64,000 nt of DNA from Myxococcota bacterium (GTDB lineage Bacteria > Myxococcota_A > UBA9160 > UBA6930). The notes beneath the pieces are model-generated. The model was given only the letters and a program-made list of their open reading frames with translations. It did no database searches and was not told the DNA's origin. Location of the stretch: NCBI GenBank assembly GCA_965223415.1, contig OZ245002.1, positions 1,120,001 through 1,184,000 of the forward strand. Reading direction: 5' to 3'. Position numbers and translations under genes: made by a program. Numbering within the stretch: the stretch's first letter is position 1; the number at the start of each line of letters is the position of its first letter. Shown here one piece after another: positions 28,712 through 40,196 of the stretch.

Positions 28712-30832
28712 TCAGGACGTGCGCTCGCGGATCCACGCCTCGATGGCTTCCGGGGCCGCCGGCCGACAGATCCAGAAGCCCTGGAGCAGGTGGCAGCCCT
28801 CGTCGCGGAGGAAGGTCGCGTGCTCGGTCCCTTCCACGCCCTCGGCGATCACCGTGATGCCCATGCGCTTCGCCATCGCGATGATGGCGGCGATCACGCC
28901 GCAGGCCGGATCGCCGGGGCGGATCCGGGCGATGAAGGACTGGTCGATCTTGAGCGTGTCGATCTGGAACTCGAAGAGGTGGCTGAGCGACGAGTAGCCG
29001 GTGCCGAAATCGTCGAGGGCCAGGCCCACGCCCAGCGAGCGAAGCGCCTCGCAGGTGCGCAGCACATGGGCTCCTTCGCTGAGCAGTGCGGTCTCCGTGA
29101 TCTCCAGCTCGAGACGCGACGGCGCCAGGCCGGTCTCGTCGAGGACCGCCACCACCTTCTCGACGAGCCGCCCATGGTCGAACTGGACGCTCGAGACGTT
29201 GACGCTCATGCGAACCGGGGGCAGGCCCGCCGCGTCCCATTCGACGGCCTGGCCGCACGCCCGTCGGAGCACCCACTCGCCCAGCGCGGGGATGAGTCCG
29301 CACGACTCCGCGGCGGGGATGAACTGGCCCGGCGGCAGCTGTCCGAAGCGCGGGTGCGCCCAGCGCACCAGCGCCTCGACGCCGATGAGCGCGCCGTTCT
29401 CCGCGTCGACTTGTGGCTGGTACTGGAGCGCGAGCTCGTCGTCCTGGATGGCCGCCGCGAGGTCGCTCTCCAGGGCCAGCACCCGTGCGGCGCTCTGATC
29501 GGCGGCCGGGTCGAAGAAGCGGTAGCTGCTGCCGCCCGCCTTCTTGGCCCAGCTCATCGCGGCGCCGGCGTGGCCGATCAGCGCGTCGGCGTCGTCGCAG
29601 TCCGCGTTGAACATCGCGATGCCAATGCTCGCAGAGAGGGGAATCGCGTGGCCGCCGACCTCGAAGGGCTCGGCGAGGGAGCGGAGGATCCGGCTCGCGG
29701 CCTGGGCGGCGACCCCTTCGTCCACGTCTCCGGTGAGCACGATGGTGAACTCGTCGCCGCCGAAGCGCGACACGTCCGGCGGCTCCACGCCGCGGCTGAC
29801 GAAATCGGTGGTGCGGACGGAGGCAACCAGGCGCTCGCTGACCGCGCGTAGCAAGGCGTCGCCGGTCGCGTAGCCGAGAGCGCGGTTCACGCGATCGAAG
29901 CGGTCCAGGTCGACGCAGAGGATGGCGACCGAAGAAGGCTGCTTGCGGCTCCGTGCCACGAGCCGCTCCAGCCGGGCGTGCAGGAAGGCGCGGTTCGGGA
30001 GCCGGGTGAGGCTGTCGAAGGACTCGAGGAACTCGGCCTTCGCCTCGGCGCGACGCCGATCGGTCACGTCCTGGATGGTCCCGCGCACCCGGTACTCCCC
30101 CGGCAGCGCCTCCGCGGCTTCGATGTACTGGTGGACGAAGCGGAGGTCGTCCTTCACGTGCACCATGCGGTGCTCGAGGGTCGTCGGCCGGCGCGTCACC
30201 ATCGCGTCGCGCACCGCCTTTTCCAGGTTCGGGCGCTCGTCCTCCGGAACCAGGCTGAGGAAGCCCTCCCAGCTCGGCGATGCGCCGGGGCTGGGCGTGG
30301 TCCCGACGAAGCGGTGGATGTCGTCGCTCAGGAGCATCCGGCCGCTCTCCGGGTCGAGCTCCCAGGTACCGATGTGGCCGAGCTCCCGGGCGACCTCCAG
30401 CTCCCGGCGGCTCTCGTGCAGATCCGACAGTGTGCTCTTCAGGTCGTTGAAAGCCGTGTTCGCGCGCATCAGGAAGCGCACCCGGTGCTGGACCAGCTGC
30501 CAGTCGAGGGGCTTCTTGATGAAGTCGGTGGCCCCGACCTGGAAGGTGCGGTCGATCGTCTGGGGATCGGTCTGGCCGGTGACGACGAGGATCGGCACGT
30601 CGGCCTGAGCGGGACGGGCCCGCAAGGCTTCGCAGGTCCAGAAGCCGTCCCGGCCCGGAAGGTTGAGGTCGAGCAGAACCAGGTCCGGCGCGCGGGCCTG
30701 CGCCAGGACGAGAGCCTCCTCGCCGGTCTCCGCGTCGACGATCTCGAAGCCGATGGCGGAGAGGGCCTCGGCGCCGATCATGCGGAGGACCGGATCGTCG
30801 TCGACGACCAGCGCCAGGGGTTTGCGGCTCAT
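28712..30832 (-). CDS. REC-PAS-GGDEF-EAL protein
   Basis: [52 protein letters not shown]; overlaps the kinase stop codon. Confidence 0.92.
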   Translation of the reverse strand: MSRKPLALVVDDDPVLRMIGAEALSAIGFEIVDAETGEEALVLAQARAPDLVLLDLNLPGRDGFWTCEALRARPAQADVPILVVTGQTDPQTIDRTFQVGATDFIKKPLDWQLVQHRVRFLMRANTAFNDLKSTLSDLHESRRELEVARELGHIGTWELDPESGRMLLSDDIHRFVGTTPSPGASPSWEGFLSLVPEDERPNLEKAVRDAMVTRRPTTLEHRMVHVKDDLRFVHQYIEAAEALPGEYRVRGTIQDVTDRRRAEAKAEFLESFDSLTRLPNRAFLHARLERLVARSRKQPSSVAILCVDLDRFDRVNRALGYATGDALLRAVSERLVASVRTTDFVSRGVEPPDVSRFGGDEFTIVLTGDVDEGVAAQAASRILRSLAEPFEVGGHAIPLSASIGIAMFNADCDDADALIGHAGAAMSWAKKAGGSSYRFFDPAADQSAARVLALESDLAAAIQDDELALQYQPQVDAENGALIGVEALVRWAHPRFGQLPPGQFIPAAESCGLIPALGEWVLRRACGQAVEWDAAGLPPVRMSVNVSSVQFDHGRLVEKVVAVLDETGLAPSRLELEITETALLSEGAHVLRTCEALRSLGVGLALDDFGTGYSSLSHLFEFQIDTLKIDQSFIARIRPGDPACGVIAAIIAMAKRMGITVIAEGVEGTEHATFLRDEGCHLLQGFWICRPAAPEAIEAWIRERTS

Positions 30833-33285
30833 GCGCCGCCGCTCCCGACCATCTGTCGGAGCTTCGCCATCGCGTCGGTCAGTGCCTCCGAGAGCTGCTC
30901 GGCGAGCTCCGCTGCTCCGTCGAGCTTCCCGCTGCGGGCGACCTGCTCGAGCTCCAGGGCGAGCTCGGACACCAGGCGGGCGCCGAGCTGGGCGCTGCTC
31001 GACTTGAGCCCGTGGGCGGCGCTGCGCAAGGCCTCTTCGTCGTCCTCCTCGACGCCGGCCTCGATCTCGGCGAGGAGCTTCTGGGCGGAGCCGCTGAACG
31101 TCTCGACCAGCCCCGCGACGAGGCCCGGGCGGCCCGTGCCCTCGAGCTCCCGCAGGCGCCCGATCACGGCGGCGTCGATGCCGCCGCCCCCGGCACGGCG
31201 GCGCGGTGCCGAAACGCTCCGAGCCGGGGCCGGGGCGTCGGAGCGCCAGCTCGCAAGAACCTGGGCCAGCTCTTCGCGGCCGAAGGGCTTGCTCACGTAA
31301 GCGTCCATGCCCGCGGTAAAGCAGACCTCCCGGTCGTGCCGCATGGCATGCGCCGTGACCGCGATGATGGGAATGCGTTCGCCGCTCCGGGCGCGCACGT
31401 TCGCGGCACGGATGCGACGGGTGGCCTCGATGCCGTCCATCACCGGCATCTGGCAGTCCATGAGCACCACGTCGAAGCCGCGCCCCACCGCCTCCACCGC
31501 GGCGGCGCCGTCGGCGACGAGCTCCACCTCGCAGCCGGCCGATTCCAGGATCGCGATGGCCACTTCCTGGTTGACGGCGTTGTCTTCGGCCAGGAGGACG
31601 CGCAGGCCGAGGGCTTCGAGGGAGGCCGGGGCCTCGGGAGCCGGAGCAGCCGCCCGCGCCTGGCCTGCCGCGACGATCTCGGCGGGAATGGTGAACCAGA
31701 ACCGCGAGCCCCGCGCAGGCTCGCTCTCGAAGCGAAGCTCGCCGTTCATCAGCTCGACGAGCTGGCGCGAGATGGCGAGGCCGAGCCCCGTACCACCGTG
31801 GCGCCGGGCCAGGGAGCCATCGGCCTGGGTGAAGGACTGGAAGATCAAGTCCTTCTCGTCTTCCTCGACACCGATGCCCGTGTCGGCCACGGCGAACTCG
31901 AGGCGACAGAAGCCCTGGCCCTCGTCCGGATGGACCAGCCGGGTGACGGTCACCGTCACCGAGCCTTCCTCCGTGAACTTCACGGCGTTGCCGACCAGGT
32001 TCGTGAGCACCTGTCGGAGACGGACCGGGTCGGACTGGATCGCGGGGGGCACGTCTTCGCCGACGTGGACCGCGAGCTCGACGCCCTTGCGAAGGGCCGC
32101 CTCCGTGACGACGTCGACCACCTCGTTCACCGCCTCGTTTACCTGGCAGGTGCTCTGCTGCAGCTCCAGCTTGCCGGCCTCGGCCTTCGAGAAGTCGAGG
32201 ATGTCGTTGATGATGCCGAGCAGCTGTTCCGCCGAGCGGTGAACGGTCTTCATGTACCCGGTCTGCCGCCCGTCGAGGCTCGTCTCGAGCATGAGCTCGG
32301 TCATCCCGAGCACGCCGTTCATCGGGGTCCGGATCTCGTGGCTCATGTTGGCGAGGAACTGCGACTTGGCGACACTCGCCTCCTCGGCCTGGCGGGCCAG
32401 CTCGACGGCCTCGCTGGTGCGCGCCTCCAGCTGCGCAGTGCGCTCCTTGACCTGTCCTTCGAGATCGCGGCGGTGGCTCTCCACCTGCCCGCGGTAATCG
32501 CGCAGGCGCTCGATCATGACGCCGAGGCCGTCGGCCAGCAGGCCCACCTCGTCTCCACCCCGGACGTCGACGCTGCGATCGAAGTTGCCCGCGGCGATGT
32601 CCCGGGTGACTGCGGCGAGCTGACGCATCCGCGCCGTCGCGCTGCGGCTCGCGATCCAACCGAGCAGGGCGAGCCCCGCGGCCAGCAGGGCGAAGCCCGC
32701 GAGCTCGTCGCGGGTCCAGCCCGGGCCCAGGTCCAGGGGAGTGGGGACCCGGATGGCGACCTGCACGAAGCCCAGCTCGCGAGGCAGCGGTCGTCCGACG
32801 GGCTGGGAGGCGGCGAGCGCGGCGTCCGAGCGCACCGGAACGAACAGGTCGACGAGGTGCGCGTCGGATCCGTCCGTCCAGCGGACCGGCTCCGGGTGCT
32901 GAGCCCGACGCGCGGTCGCCCGCACCGTCGCCGGCGGATCGCCGGCGGAGAGGAATACCTGCTTGGCCGCCTCCCCGAGCTCCGCGTCGAGGACCCGGAC
33001 GTACGCGATATCCCCTACCCGGCCGAGGGCGCCAAGGGCATCGGCCAACGCCTCCTCGCGGCCGGGGCCGGGCCCCCTGGCCAGCAGCGGCGCGAGCTGG
33101 CGGGCGATGCGGCTGCCGCGGGCCTCCACCTGCAGGTCGGCCTCGCGGGCGTCCCCCACCTGACCGAGCCAGGCGGTCCCCGCGACCGCCGTCGCGACGA
33201 GCAGAGCCGAGATCGCCGCGAGACGCGCCGCCAGTCCCCCGCGGAGCTGCGGTGCCGCGTCGGCCGGTTGCCAGCGCTCGCTCAT
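30829..33285 (-). CDS. Hybrid sensor histidine kinase (HAMP-HisKA-HATPase-REC-Hpt)
   Basis: [47 protein letters not shown]. Confidence 0.93.
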   Translation of the reverse strand: MSERWQPADAAPQLRGGLAARLAAISALLVATAVAGTAWLGQVGDAREADLQVEARGSRIARQLAPLLARGPGPGREEALADALGALGRVGDIAYVRVLDAELGEAAKQVFLSAGDPPATVRATARRAQHPEPVRWTDGSDAHLVDLFVPVRSDAALAASQPVGRPLPRELGFVQVAIRVPTPLDLGPGWTRDELAGFALLAAGLALLGWIASRSATARMRQLAAVTRDIAAGNFDRSVDVRGGDEVGLLADGLGVMIERLRDYRGQVESHRRDLEGQVKERTAQLEARTSEAVELARQAEEASVAKSQFLANMSHEIRTPMNGVLGMTELMLETSLDGRQTGYMKTVHRSAEQLLGIINDILDFSKAEAGKLELQQSTCQVNEAVNEVVDVVTEAALRKGVELAVHVGEDVPPAIQSDPVRLRQVLTNLVGNAVKFTEEGSVTVTVTRLVHPDEGQGFCRLEFAVADTGIGVEEDEKDLIFQSFTQADGSLARRHGGTGLGLAISRQLVELMNGELRFESEPARGSRFWFTIPAEIVAAGQARAAAPAPEAPASLEALGLRVLLAEDNAVNQEVAIAILESAGCEVELVADGAAAVEAVGRGFDVVLMDCQMPVMDGIEATRRIRAANVRARSGERIPIIAVTAHAMRHDREVCFTAGMDAYVSKPFGREELAQVLASWRSDAPAPARSVSAPRRRAGGGGIDAAVIGRLRELEGTGRPGLVAGLVETFSGSAQKLLAEIEAGVEEDDEEALRSAAHGLKSSSAQLGARLVSELALELEQVARSGKLDGAAELAEQLSEALTDAMAKLRQMVGSGGA

Positions 33286-33533
33286 GCCGGCGTGGCCGAG
33301 ATGTCCCCCCGGGTCATCCCGCGCGGGGCGCGGGTAACGTGGGGGGGCGGGTCCGACGTGAGCATGGGATCTCCAGAGCACCGGGCCGTTGGGCACTTCG
33401 GCGCGACCGTCGCATCGGCCTCCCCGGTGCCCCGCTGAAGCGGTTGCCGGAGGGCGAAAGCCCCGGGAAATGCGTCAGGTGCAGGCCCGGGACGGTCGAA
33501 AAGGGGGGCTCGCGTACCTCGCTCGGAGACCTC

Positions 33534-34535
33534 GTGTCCGGATCGCCGCCCTCATGGATCGAATCGCCGCGGAAGATGATGGCGGCCGGAGCGCTGCTGG
33601 TGGTCCTCGTCGCGGCGGTGCCGGCGTTCATCGCGACCGAGCGAAGCCGCCCCGGCGAGCCGGCGATGGACACGGCCGGAGCGCCGCAACCGACCGCCGA
33701 GCCGATGCCCGCCGCGGACCCGCTCGCGCCCCCGCCGGACGATTGGCTGGCCCAGGAGGGCGAGCCGGCCCAGGCGCGAGTCAGCGAGGACCCGGACGGT
33801 GCCCTGGACTGCCTGGTCCAGCCTTCCCGGATCGTCGAGATCGGAAGCCAGACGATCGGGCTGATCGAGAAGATCCACGTGGAGCGCGGCGAGCGGGTCG
33901 AGGCCGACCAGGTCGTCGTGGAGCTCGAAGCCGGCGTCGAGGCCGAAGCGGTCCGGGTCGCGCGCATGCGCGCGTCCCTCGAGGGCTCCCTGCGCGCCCA
34001 CGAGGAGAGCGTCGCCCTCAGCAAGAAGCGCAAGCAGCGGGGCGCCAAGCTGTTCCGTCGGAACGCGGTCTCGGCCGACGCCCACGACGAGCTCGAATCC
34101 CAGGCCCGGCTCGCCCAGCACGAGCTGCTCCAGGCCCAGGAGGCGCGACGCCTTGCGGCGCTCGAGTTGCGGCAGGCGAAGGCCGTACTCGCGCGCCGCA
34201 CCCTGCACAGCCCGATCTCCGGCGTCGTCGTCGAACGCCTGCTCGAGGAAGGCGAGGTGGTGGACGAGGAGACGGTGCTGAGGATCGCCCGCATCGATCC
34301 CCTGCGCGTCGACGTGCTGCTCCCGGCGAGCCGCTACGGAACCGTGAAGGAAGGCATGCGGGCGACGATCTCGCCGGAGTTCCCGGTCGACGCGAGCGTG
34401 GTGGCCACGGTCGCCATCGTCGACCCGATCATCGACGCCGCGAGCGGCACCTTCAGCGTGCGGTTAGACCTTCCCAACGAGGACGGTCGGATCCCGGGTG
34501 GTCTCCACTGCACGGTGAAGTTCCTGGGCGAATAG
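33534..34535 (+). CDS. RND/HlyD-type membrane fusion (periplasmic adaptor) protein
   Basis: TM anchor, lipoyl halves (VERGERVEADQVV; LHSPISGVV), coiled coil, DAASGTFSVRLDLPN. Start GTG 33534 or ATG 33576. Confidence 0.88.
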   Translation: MSGSPPSWIESPRKMMAAGALLVVLVAAVPAFIATERSRPGEPAMDTAGAPQPTAEPMPAADPLAPPPDDWLAQEGEPAQARVSEDPDGALDCLVQPSRIVEIGSQTIGLIEKIHVERGERVEADQVVVELEAGVEAEAVRVARMRASLEGSLRAHEESVALSKKRKQRGAKLFRRNAVSADAHDELESQARLAQHELLQAQEARRLAALELRQAKAVLARRTLHSPISGVVVERLLEEGEVVDEETVLRIARIDPLRVDVLLPASRYGTVKEGMRATISPEFPVDASVVATVAIVDPIIDAASGTFSVRLDLPNEDGRIPGGLHCTVKFLGE

Positions 34536-34541
34536 CCGCCG

Positions 34542-36026
34542 ATGGGCTCCTTCAGACCGATCGCACGGATCAGCTTCGGGCTGGTCCTGCTGACGAGCAC
34601 GATCCTGACAGGCCTCGACCTGGTCGGCTGGCTCCCTCGCCCCCAGGCGAGGGACGCGGAGCTTCGCGTCCACATCGCCGAATCGGTGGCGTCCCAGGCG
34701 ATGGCCGGAATCGACCGGGGCGACATGCGCGCCGTGCTTGGCTCCCTGAACATCGCCGTCGAGCGCAGCGAGGAGGTCGTGTCGGCGGGCGTTCGCTCGT
34801 CGAACGGGCGGCTGATCGCCCAGGCGGGCCCCCATGCCGAGGTCTGGAACCCTCCGGACGACGGCCGCTCGACCACCGAGCACATTCGCGTTCCCATCTT
34901 TCGCGACGGCGGCGAGTGGGGCGCGGTGGAGATCCGTTTCCAGGAGCCCCACGCGGACCTCGTCGGCAGCCTCTGGAACAACCCCCTGCTCCGGATCGTG
35001 GGCGTCGTCGGTCTGCTGGGCTTCGTGGCCTACGGGCTCTACATGCGCCGCACCCTCCGTTACCTCGACCCGTCGGCCGTCATTCCCACGCGGGTCCAGG
35101 CCACCCTCGACGTGATGACCGAAGGCGTCATCGTGATCGATCGCAGCGACGACGTCGTGATGGCCAACGAGGCCTTCGCCTCGAGGTTTTCCCTCCAGCC
35201 CGCGGACATGATGGGACGAAAGGCCTCTTCCTTCGGTTGGCGGGACCGGCGGGGCGAGGAGATCGTCGGCCAGCTGCCCTGGATGCGCGCCATGACCGAC
35301 GCCGAGCCCTTCGTGGGCGAGACGATCACCTTGAACCGCAGCGAGCAGGAACGCGTCGTGCTCACGGTCAACGGCGCGCCGGTCCTCGACGGTTGGGGCC
35401 GGCCCACCGGCGCGATCGTCACCTTCGACGACGTCACCGAGCTCGAACGCAACCGCGCGGAGCTGCAGCAGGCCCTCACCGAGCTCGAGAAGTCCCGCGA
35501 CGAGATCCGCCTCCAGAACGAGGAGCTCCAGCAGCTCGCCCGCAGCGACCCCCTGACCGGCGCCGCCAACCGGCGGAGCTTCATGGAGGACGTGGAGCCG
35601 CTCTTCTCACGCATCCAAGCCGACGGCGGCGAGCTCGCCTGCCTGATGGTGGACATCGACCACTTCAAGCGGGTCAACGACGAGCACGGCCACCTCACCG
35701 GCGACGAGGTGATCAAGCGCGTCGCCGAGGCCCTGATCTCCCAGCTCGGCGGAACCGGCATCGTGTGCCGGTACGGCGGCGAGGAGTTCTGCGTGGCCCT
35801 GCCGGACACCCTCCCGGAAGAAGCCGAAGCCCTGGGCGAGCGCGTGCGCCGCCAGATCGGGGCCCCGGGCTTCGCCAGCGTCCCGATCACCGCAAGCCTG
35901 GGGGTCGCTACGCTGCGAAGCGGCGCCTCCGACATCACCGCCCTGATCGACCAGGCGGACCAGGCGCTCTACTCCTCGAAGGAGAACGGGCGGAACCGGC
36001 TGACGCGGTTCGTCCGGACCTCCTGA
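34542..36026 (+). CDS. Membrane PAS-GGDEF diguanylate cyclase
   Basis: Two TM segments, PAS, DPLTGAANRR, DIDHFKRVND, RYGGEEF. Confidence 0.92.
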   Translation: MGSFRPIARISFGLVLLTSTILTGLDLVGWLPRPQARDAELRVHIAESVASQAMAGIDRGDMRAVLGSLNIAVERSEEVVSAGVRSSNGRLIAQAGPHAEVWNPPDDGRSTTEHIRVPIFRDGGEWGAVEIRFQEPHADLVGSLWNNPLLRIVGVVGLLGFVAYGLYMRRTLRYLDPSAVIPTRVQATLDVMTEGVIVIDRSDDVVMANEAFASRFSLQPADMMGRKASSFGWRDRRGEEIVGQLPWMRAMTDAEPFVGETITLNRSEQERVVLTVNGAPVLDGWGRPTGAIVTFDDVTELERNRAELQQALTELEKSRDEIRLQNEELQQLARSDPLTGAANRRSFMEDVEPLFSRIQADGGELACLMVDIDHFKRVNDEHGHLTGDEVIKRVAEALISQLGGTGIVCRYGGEEFCVALPDTLPEEAEALGERVRRQIGAPGFASVPITASLGVATLRSGASDITALIDQADQALYSSKENGRNRLTRFVRTS

Positions 36027-36067
36027 GGACGGGATCGGACGGTCGGGGCGGTGCGATCGACCTGCGC

Positions 36068-38056
36068 CTACTCCGCCGACCCCGCGAACGAAAGCGTCCG
36101 CTCCAACTCCGCCTCGCTCTTCATCAGCTGCGCCCGCTGCGCCGCATGGGCCCGCTCGAGTCGCCGCTGCACCCAGCCCACCCACGCGCGGGAGAGGCGC
36201 TCGCTGCCGGGCACGCTCCGGGCGACGAACGCGCGGAGGATGGCGATCGCCCAGGCCGGGCTGTGCTCCGCGAGCCAGGGGTCTTCGAGGGAGAGAATCT
36301 GCTCGAAGGAGCCGGCGTCGCCCTGGCGGCCGCAGCGGCCGAAGAGCTGGCGGTCGATGCGGCTGGCTTCGGCCCGTTCGACCGAGAGCACATGGAGGCC
36401 GCCGAGCTTCTCGACGTCGTCGGGGACGCGGATGTCCGAGCCGCGGCCGGCCATGTTCGTGGCCACGGTGACGCGCGCGCGCTCGCCGGCCTCACCGACG
36501 ATCTCGGCTTCGCCGGCGTCCTGGCGGGCGTTGAGGACGCGGTGGGGGAGGCGCGCGCGCTCCAGGATGGCGGCCAGCGCCTCCGAGGATCGGACGGAGT
36601 GGGTTCCCACCAGGACCGGACGACCGGAGGCGTGGAGACGACGCAGGCGCTGTACCACCGCGTTCGACTTCGCGGCGGCGGTCGGGAGGATCCGCACGCC
36701 CTGATCGATACGGCGGGAAGGGCGACGCGGCTCGACCCGGATCATCGGCAGGCCGTACACCTCGTCGATCTCGGGGCCGACCTCGCGGCCGGTGCCGGTC
36801 ATGCCGGCGAGCCGCAGGTAGCGACGGTAGAACTGCTGGTAGCTGATGCGCGCGATGGTCTCGCGCTCGCCGGAGACCTCGCAGCCTTCCTTGAGCTCGA
36901 TCATCTGCTGGAGGCCGCCCTCCCAGGAGCGATCGGGCATGGAGCGACCGGTCTGGGCGTCGACGATCTCGACCTTGCCATCGCGCACGATGTAGTCCTC
37001 GTCGCGCACGAAACCCCGCTGGGCGGTGAGGGCCACCCGGATCAGCTCGGCCCGACGCAGGGGCGCGTTCCAGACGCCGCCCTTGCCGGCCGAGAGGCCG
37101 GCGATCCTCTCGCGGCCGGAATCCGTGACGTCGGCACTGCGCCCGTCCCGCGAGAGCCGGAAGTCCCGGCCCTCCTCCAGGCCTTCGGCCACCTCCATGG
37201 CCTCGCGAACGATCTGCTCGAGTCCGGGAGCCGGCACGTTGCGGGAGAGGATGAGGGGCGTGCGGGCCTCGTCGATCAGCACGCTGTCCGCTTCGTCGAC
37301 GATCGCGAAGCACAGACCGCGCAGTAGGAGGCCCCTGCGGCCACCCTGCCCCGCCGCGCCGAGGCGCTTCACCTCGCCCCGCAGCAGCTCGCTGCGATTC
37401 GGGCGCTCGAGACGATCGCGCAGGTAGTCGAAGGCGACCTGCTTGTTCGTCACGTAGGTGACGTCGCAGGCGTAGGCCGCGCGTCGGATGTCGGGATCCG
37501 GGTCCGTGTCGATCACGGTTCCCACGCTCAGGCCGAGCGCCCGGTAGAGGGGCCCCATGATCTCGGCGTCGCGCTCGACCAGGTAGTCGTTCACGGTGAT
37601 CACGTGGACGGGCACGCCGGCCAGCGCCGCCACCGCGGCGGGGAGCGTGGCGGAGAGGGTCTTCCCCTCGCCGGTATCGAGCTCCACGAGCATGCCCTGG
37701 AGCATCGCCATGCCCGCCATGAGCTGGACCTCGAAGTGGGCCATCCCGAGCTCGCGACGCGCGTGCTCGCGCACCAGCGCGAGCGCCTCGTGGAGTGGAT
37801 CGCCCGCCAGCTCCCGCCGTAGGGCCGGCCGGACGTCGCCGAGGCGACGCACGAGCTCCTCGGCCGAGGCGTCTCGCAGCGCGTTGGAGCGGGCGACCAC
37901 TTCCCCGGCCCGCGCCGCCAGCTCCTCGGTGCCCAGGCGCTCGCCCCGCAGCCGCTCCCGGAGCCGGTTCACGCGGTGCTCGAGCTTCGGGGGACGAGGC
38001 TGCACGCGCTCCGGGTAGCCGCCGTGCAGCACGCCGGGCCGGAAGACCTCAGACAC
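36068..38056 (-). CDS. Accessory, C-terminally truncated SecA-like ATPase
   Basis: TGEGKT, VITVNDYL, FDYLRD, DEADSVLIDEARTPLI, ATNMAGRGSDI, GRCGRQGD; only about 660 aa. GTG start overlaps the upstream gene end. Confidence 0.92.
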   Translation of the reverse strand: MSEVFRPGVLHGGYPERVQPRPPKLEHRVNRLRERLRGERLGTEELAARAGEVVARSNALRDASAEELVRRLGDVRPALRRELAGDPLHEALALVREHARRELGMAHFEVQLMAGMAMLQGMLVELDTGEGKTLSATLPAAVAALAGVPVHVITVNDYLVERDAEIMGPLYRALGLSVGTVIDTDPDPDIRRAAYACDVTYVTNKQVAFDYLRDRLERPNRSELLRGEVKRLGAAGQGGRRGLLLRGLCFAIVDEADSVLIDEARTPLILSRNVPAPGLEQIVREAMEVAEGLEEGRDFRLSRDGRSADVTDSGRERIAGLSAGKGGVWNAPLRRAELIRVALTAQRGFVRDEDYIVRDGKVEIVDAQTGRSMPDRSWEGGLQQMIELKEGCEVSGERETIARISYQQFYRRYLRLAGMTGTGREVGPEIDEVYGLPMIRVEPRRPSRRIDQGVRILPTAAAKSNAVVQRLRRLHASGRPVLVGTHSVRSSEALAAILERARLPHRVLNARQDAGEAEIVGEAGERARVTVATNMAGRGSDIRVPDDVEKLGGLHVLSVERAEASRIDRQLFGRCGRQGDAGSFEQILSLEDPWLAEHSPAWAIAILRAFVARSVPGSERLSRAWVGWVQRRLERAHAAQRAQLMKSEAELERTLSFAGSAE

Positions 38057-40196
38057 GGAGCTGGTCCATGAAGAGCCTGCGGACGCCGCGGGCGAGCCGG
38101 AAACCGATCGGCTCGGCGCCGTGCTCGAAGCGCACCCGCGCCAGTGCACCGAGGCCGGGAACGGACGCTCCGGGCTCGAGCCGCACGTCGAATTGGAAGA
38201 GCGACTCGAGGGCAGTCAGCCCCTGCTGGTCCCGGCTATCGACCGCGACCTCCCCACCGCCGGCGGCGCCGAGCGCCAGGCTCGGGAGGCGATCCGTGGC
38301 CTGGGGCACCTCGCGCTCCAGGCGGGCTTCACGTGTCGCGCTCGTACCCGGGAAGCGCACGCTCACGGCCCGCGTGGCCGCCCGGACCCAGGCGGCGTCT
38401 TCCTGCGGCACGACCACGCGCACAGTGGAGTCTCCGGCAATCTCCAGGTAGCCGATGACGGCCCCCTTCTCGAAGAAGCGGCCGGTCAAGTCCTCGGCGC
38501 GCGGCAGGACCAGACGTCCCGTGGCTTGTGCGCGGACGATCCCTTCCTCGAGCCGCTCGCGCGCGCGTCGCAGCTCTGCGCGAACCGAAGCCAGCTCGAC
38601 CCGCGCCACCTCGGCACCGACCCGGTCGCGGGGCTGCTTGGAATCGAGGCGCGCGCGTGCCTCCCGCTCGCGCGCCTCCAAGGCCCGCAGCTCCGCGGTG
38701 AGGAGGTCGTCGCGAATCTCGAGGAGAGGCGTGCCCGGCCCCACCTCGCTCCCGGGCTCGGCAAGGATCCGGTGCACCACGCCCCCCGCGCCGGCACGCA
38801 CCTGGGCCTGCTCCGGGAGCCAGACCACGCCCTCGGCGAGGGTCCACATCGGAAACGGCAGCACGAAGAGGAGCAGGGCCACGGCGACGACCGACGCCGC
38901 GGCACGGCCTGCCACCTGGAGCGGACGCTCTCCCACTCGCGGATCCCGGTGCAGTGCCAGCAGTCCCTTCGCGGCGGGGATTCCGACCTGCAGCACCAGG
39001 GACCAGATCGCGAGAGCGACGCCGACGCTGAAGAAGCGGCTGGCGACGAAGAGCGCGATCGAGGTGGTGAGGAAGATCCGATAGACGAAGGCCAGCACGC
39101 CGTAGCCGGCGAGCCAGACGCGTTCGTCAGGTGCGACCGCCTGGGGACGGCGCTCCGGAAGGCCCAGAATGCCCGTCTCGGCCAGGTAGCGCAGGTATTT
39201 GTTCGCGCGCGTCGCCAGATTCGGCATCTCGAGCGCGTCGGCCAGCACGTAGTAGCCGTCGAAGCGGATCAGCGGATTGCCGTTGAACAGCAGCGTGGAG
39301 ATGCCGCCGATCGCCATGACCTGGAACGCCGCCAGCTTGACGACTCCCGGTGAGACCGCGATCCAGAGGAACAGGGCGAGAGAGGCCAGGGCAAGCTCGA
39401 CGATCACCCCGGCAGCACCGACCACCATGCGCGGGCGCTTGCGCGGGAACACCCAGGTGCCGGAGGCATCGACGTAGGGCACGGGCATGCCGAGCAGCAG
39501 CATGATCCCGATCTCGTGGACCGGCGCGCCCCAGTGCTTCGCGGCGAAGGCGTGCCCCAGCTCGTGAAGCGTCTTCACGATGGGGTAGATCACGACGAGC
39601 ATCACCAGGCTCATCGGATCCCAGAGCATGTCCCGCGTGTAAGAGGCGAGCTCGCTTCCATGGGCCACCGCCGTCACACCGCCGGCGACGACGAGGAAGC
39701 ACCAGAGCCACCAGGCGATGCGCGTGAAGAGGGGCGCGACGCGGCCCCGATGGCGTTCGAGCCAGGCATCCGGGTCCCAGAGCGGGATGCGGACGTAGAG
39801 CGGGTTCTTGAAGCGGGTGGCGATCGACTGCTGGCGGGCGTGGTGGACATGGCGCGCAAAGAGCTGGCTCGTGTCGGGCGAGACGTCGCATAGCATCGCG
39901 TCCGCCGAGTTCAGCTGGGCGAGGAGCGCGATCATCTGGCCCTGGGTGGGTGCGTCGTCGCCCAGCCGGTCGAGGGCGGCGTCCCAGATCTCGGCGACCG
40001 TCCGCCGCCCGTCCATCTGGGAGACGACGAAGTGGGCCGAGGGCGGGAAGCGATGCTGCCGCCGCGCCGTCGCGTTCTCGAGGATGTACCAGCGCTGGCC
40101 CCGATAGACGTGCCGGTGGATGCGCACGTGGGCGCGGAGGCGCGGGCGCAGCTCGGCCACGCGGTACCAGAAGGGGCTGAACAGCCGCTCGCCCAC
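38049..40196 (-). CDS. M50 (site-2 protease type) membrane peptidase fused to a HlyD-like domain
   Basis: HELGH, NPLIRFDGYY, multiple TM segments, PqqD-like N-terminus, C-terminal lipoyl/hairpin domain; TAGTG coupling. Confidence 0.88.
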   Translation of the reverse strand: MGERLFSPFWYRVAELRPRLRAHVRIHRHVYRGQRWYILENATARRQHRFPPSAHFVVSQMDGRRTVAEIWDAALDRLGDDAPTQGQMIALLAQLNSADAMLCDVSPDTSQLFARHVHHARQQSIATRFKNPLYVRIPLWDPDAWLERHRGRVAPLFTRIAWWLWCFLVVAGGVTAVAHGSELASYTRDMLWDPMSLVMLVVIYPIVKTLHELGHAFAAKHWGAPVHEIGIMLLLGMPVPYVDASGTWVFPRKRPRMVVGAAGVIVELALASLALFLWIAVSPGVVKLAAFQVMAIGGISTLLFNGNPLIRFDGYYVLADALEMPNLATRANKYLRYLAETGILGLPERRPQAVAPDERVWLAGYGVLAFVYRIFLTTSIALFVASRFFSVGVALAIWSLVLQVGIPAAKGLLALHRDPRVGERPLQVAGRAAASVVAVALLLFVLPFPMWTLAEGVVWLPEQAQVRAGAGGVVHRILAEPGSEVGPGTPLLEIRDDLLTAELRALEAREREARARLDSKQPRDRVGAEVARVELASVRAELRRARERLEEGIVRAQATGRLVLPRAEDLTGRFFEKGAVIGYLEIAGDSTVRVVVPQEDAAWVRAATRAVSVRFPGTSATREARLEREVPQATDRLPSLALGAAGGGEVAVDSRDQQGLTALESLFQFDVRLEPGASVPGLGALARVRFEHGAEPIGFRLARGVRRLFMDQLRV

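Noticed and set aside
36068..38056. Housekeeping secA call
   Set aside because: Too short and operonic with HlyD-type genes, so the gene symbol is withheld.
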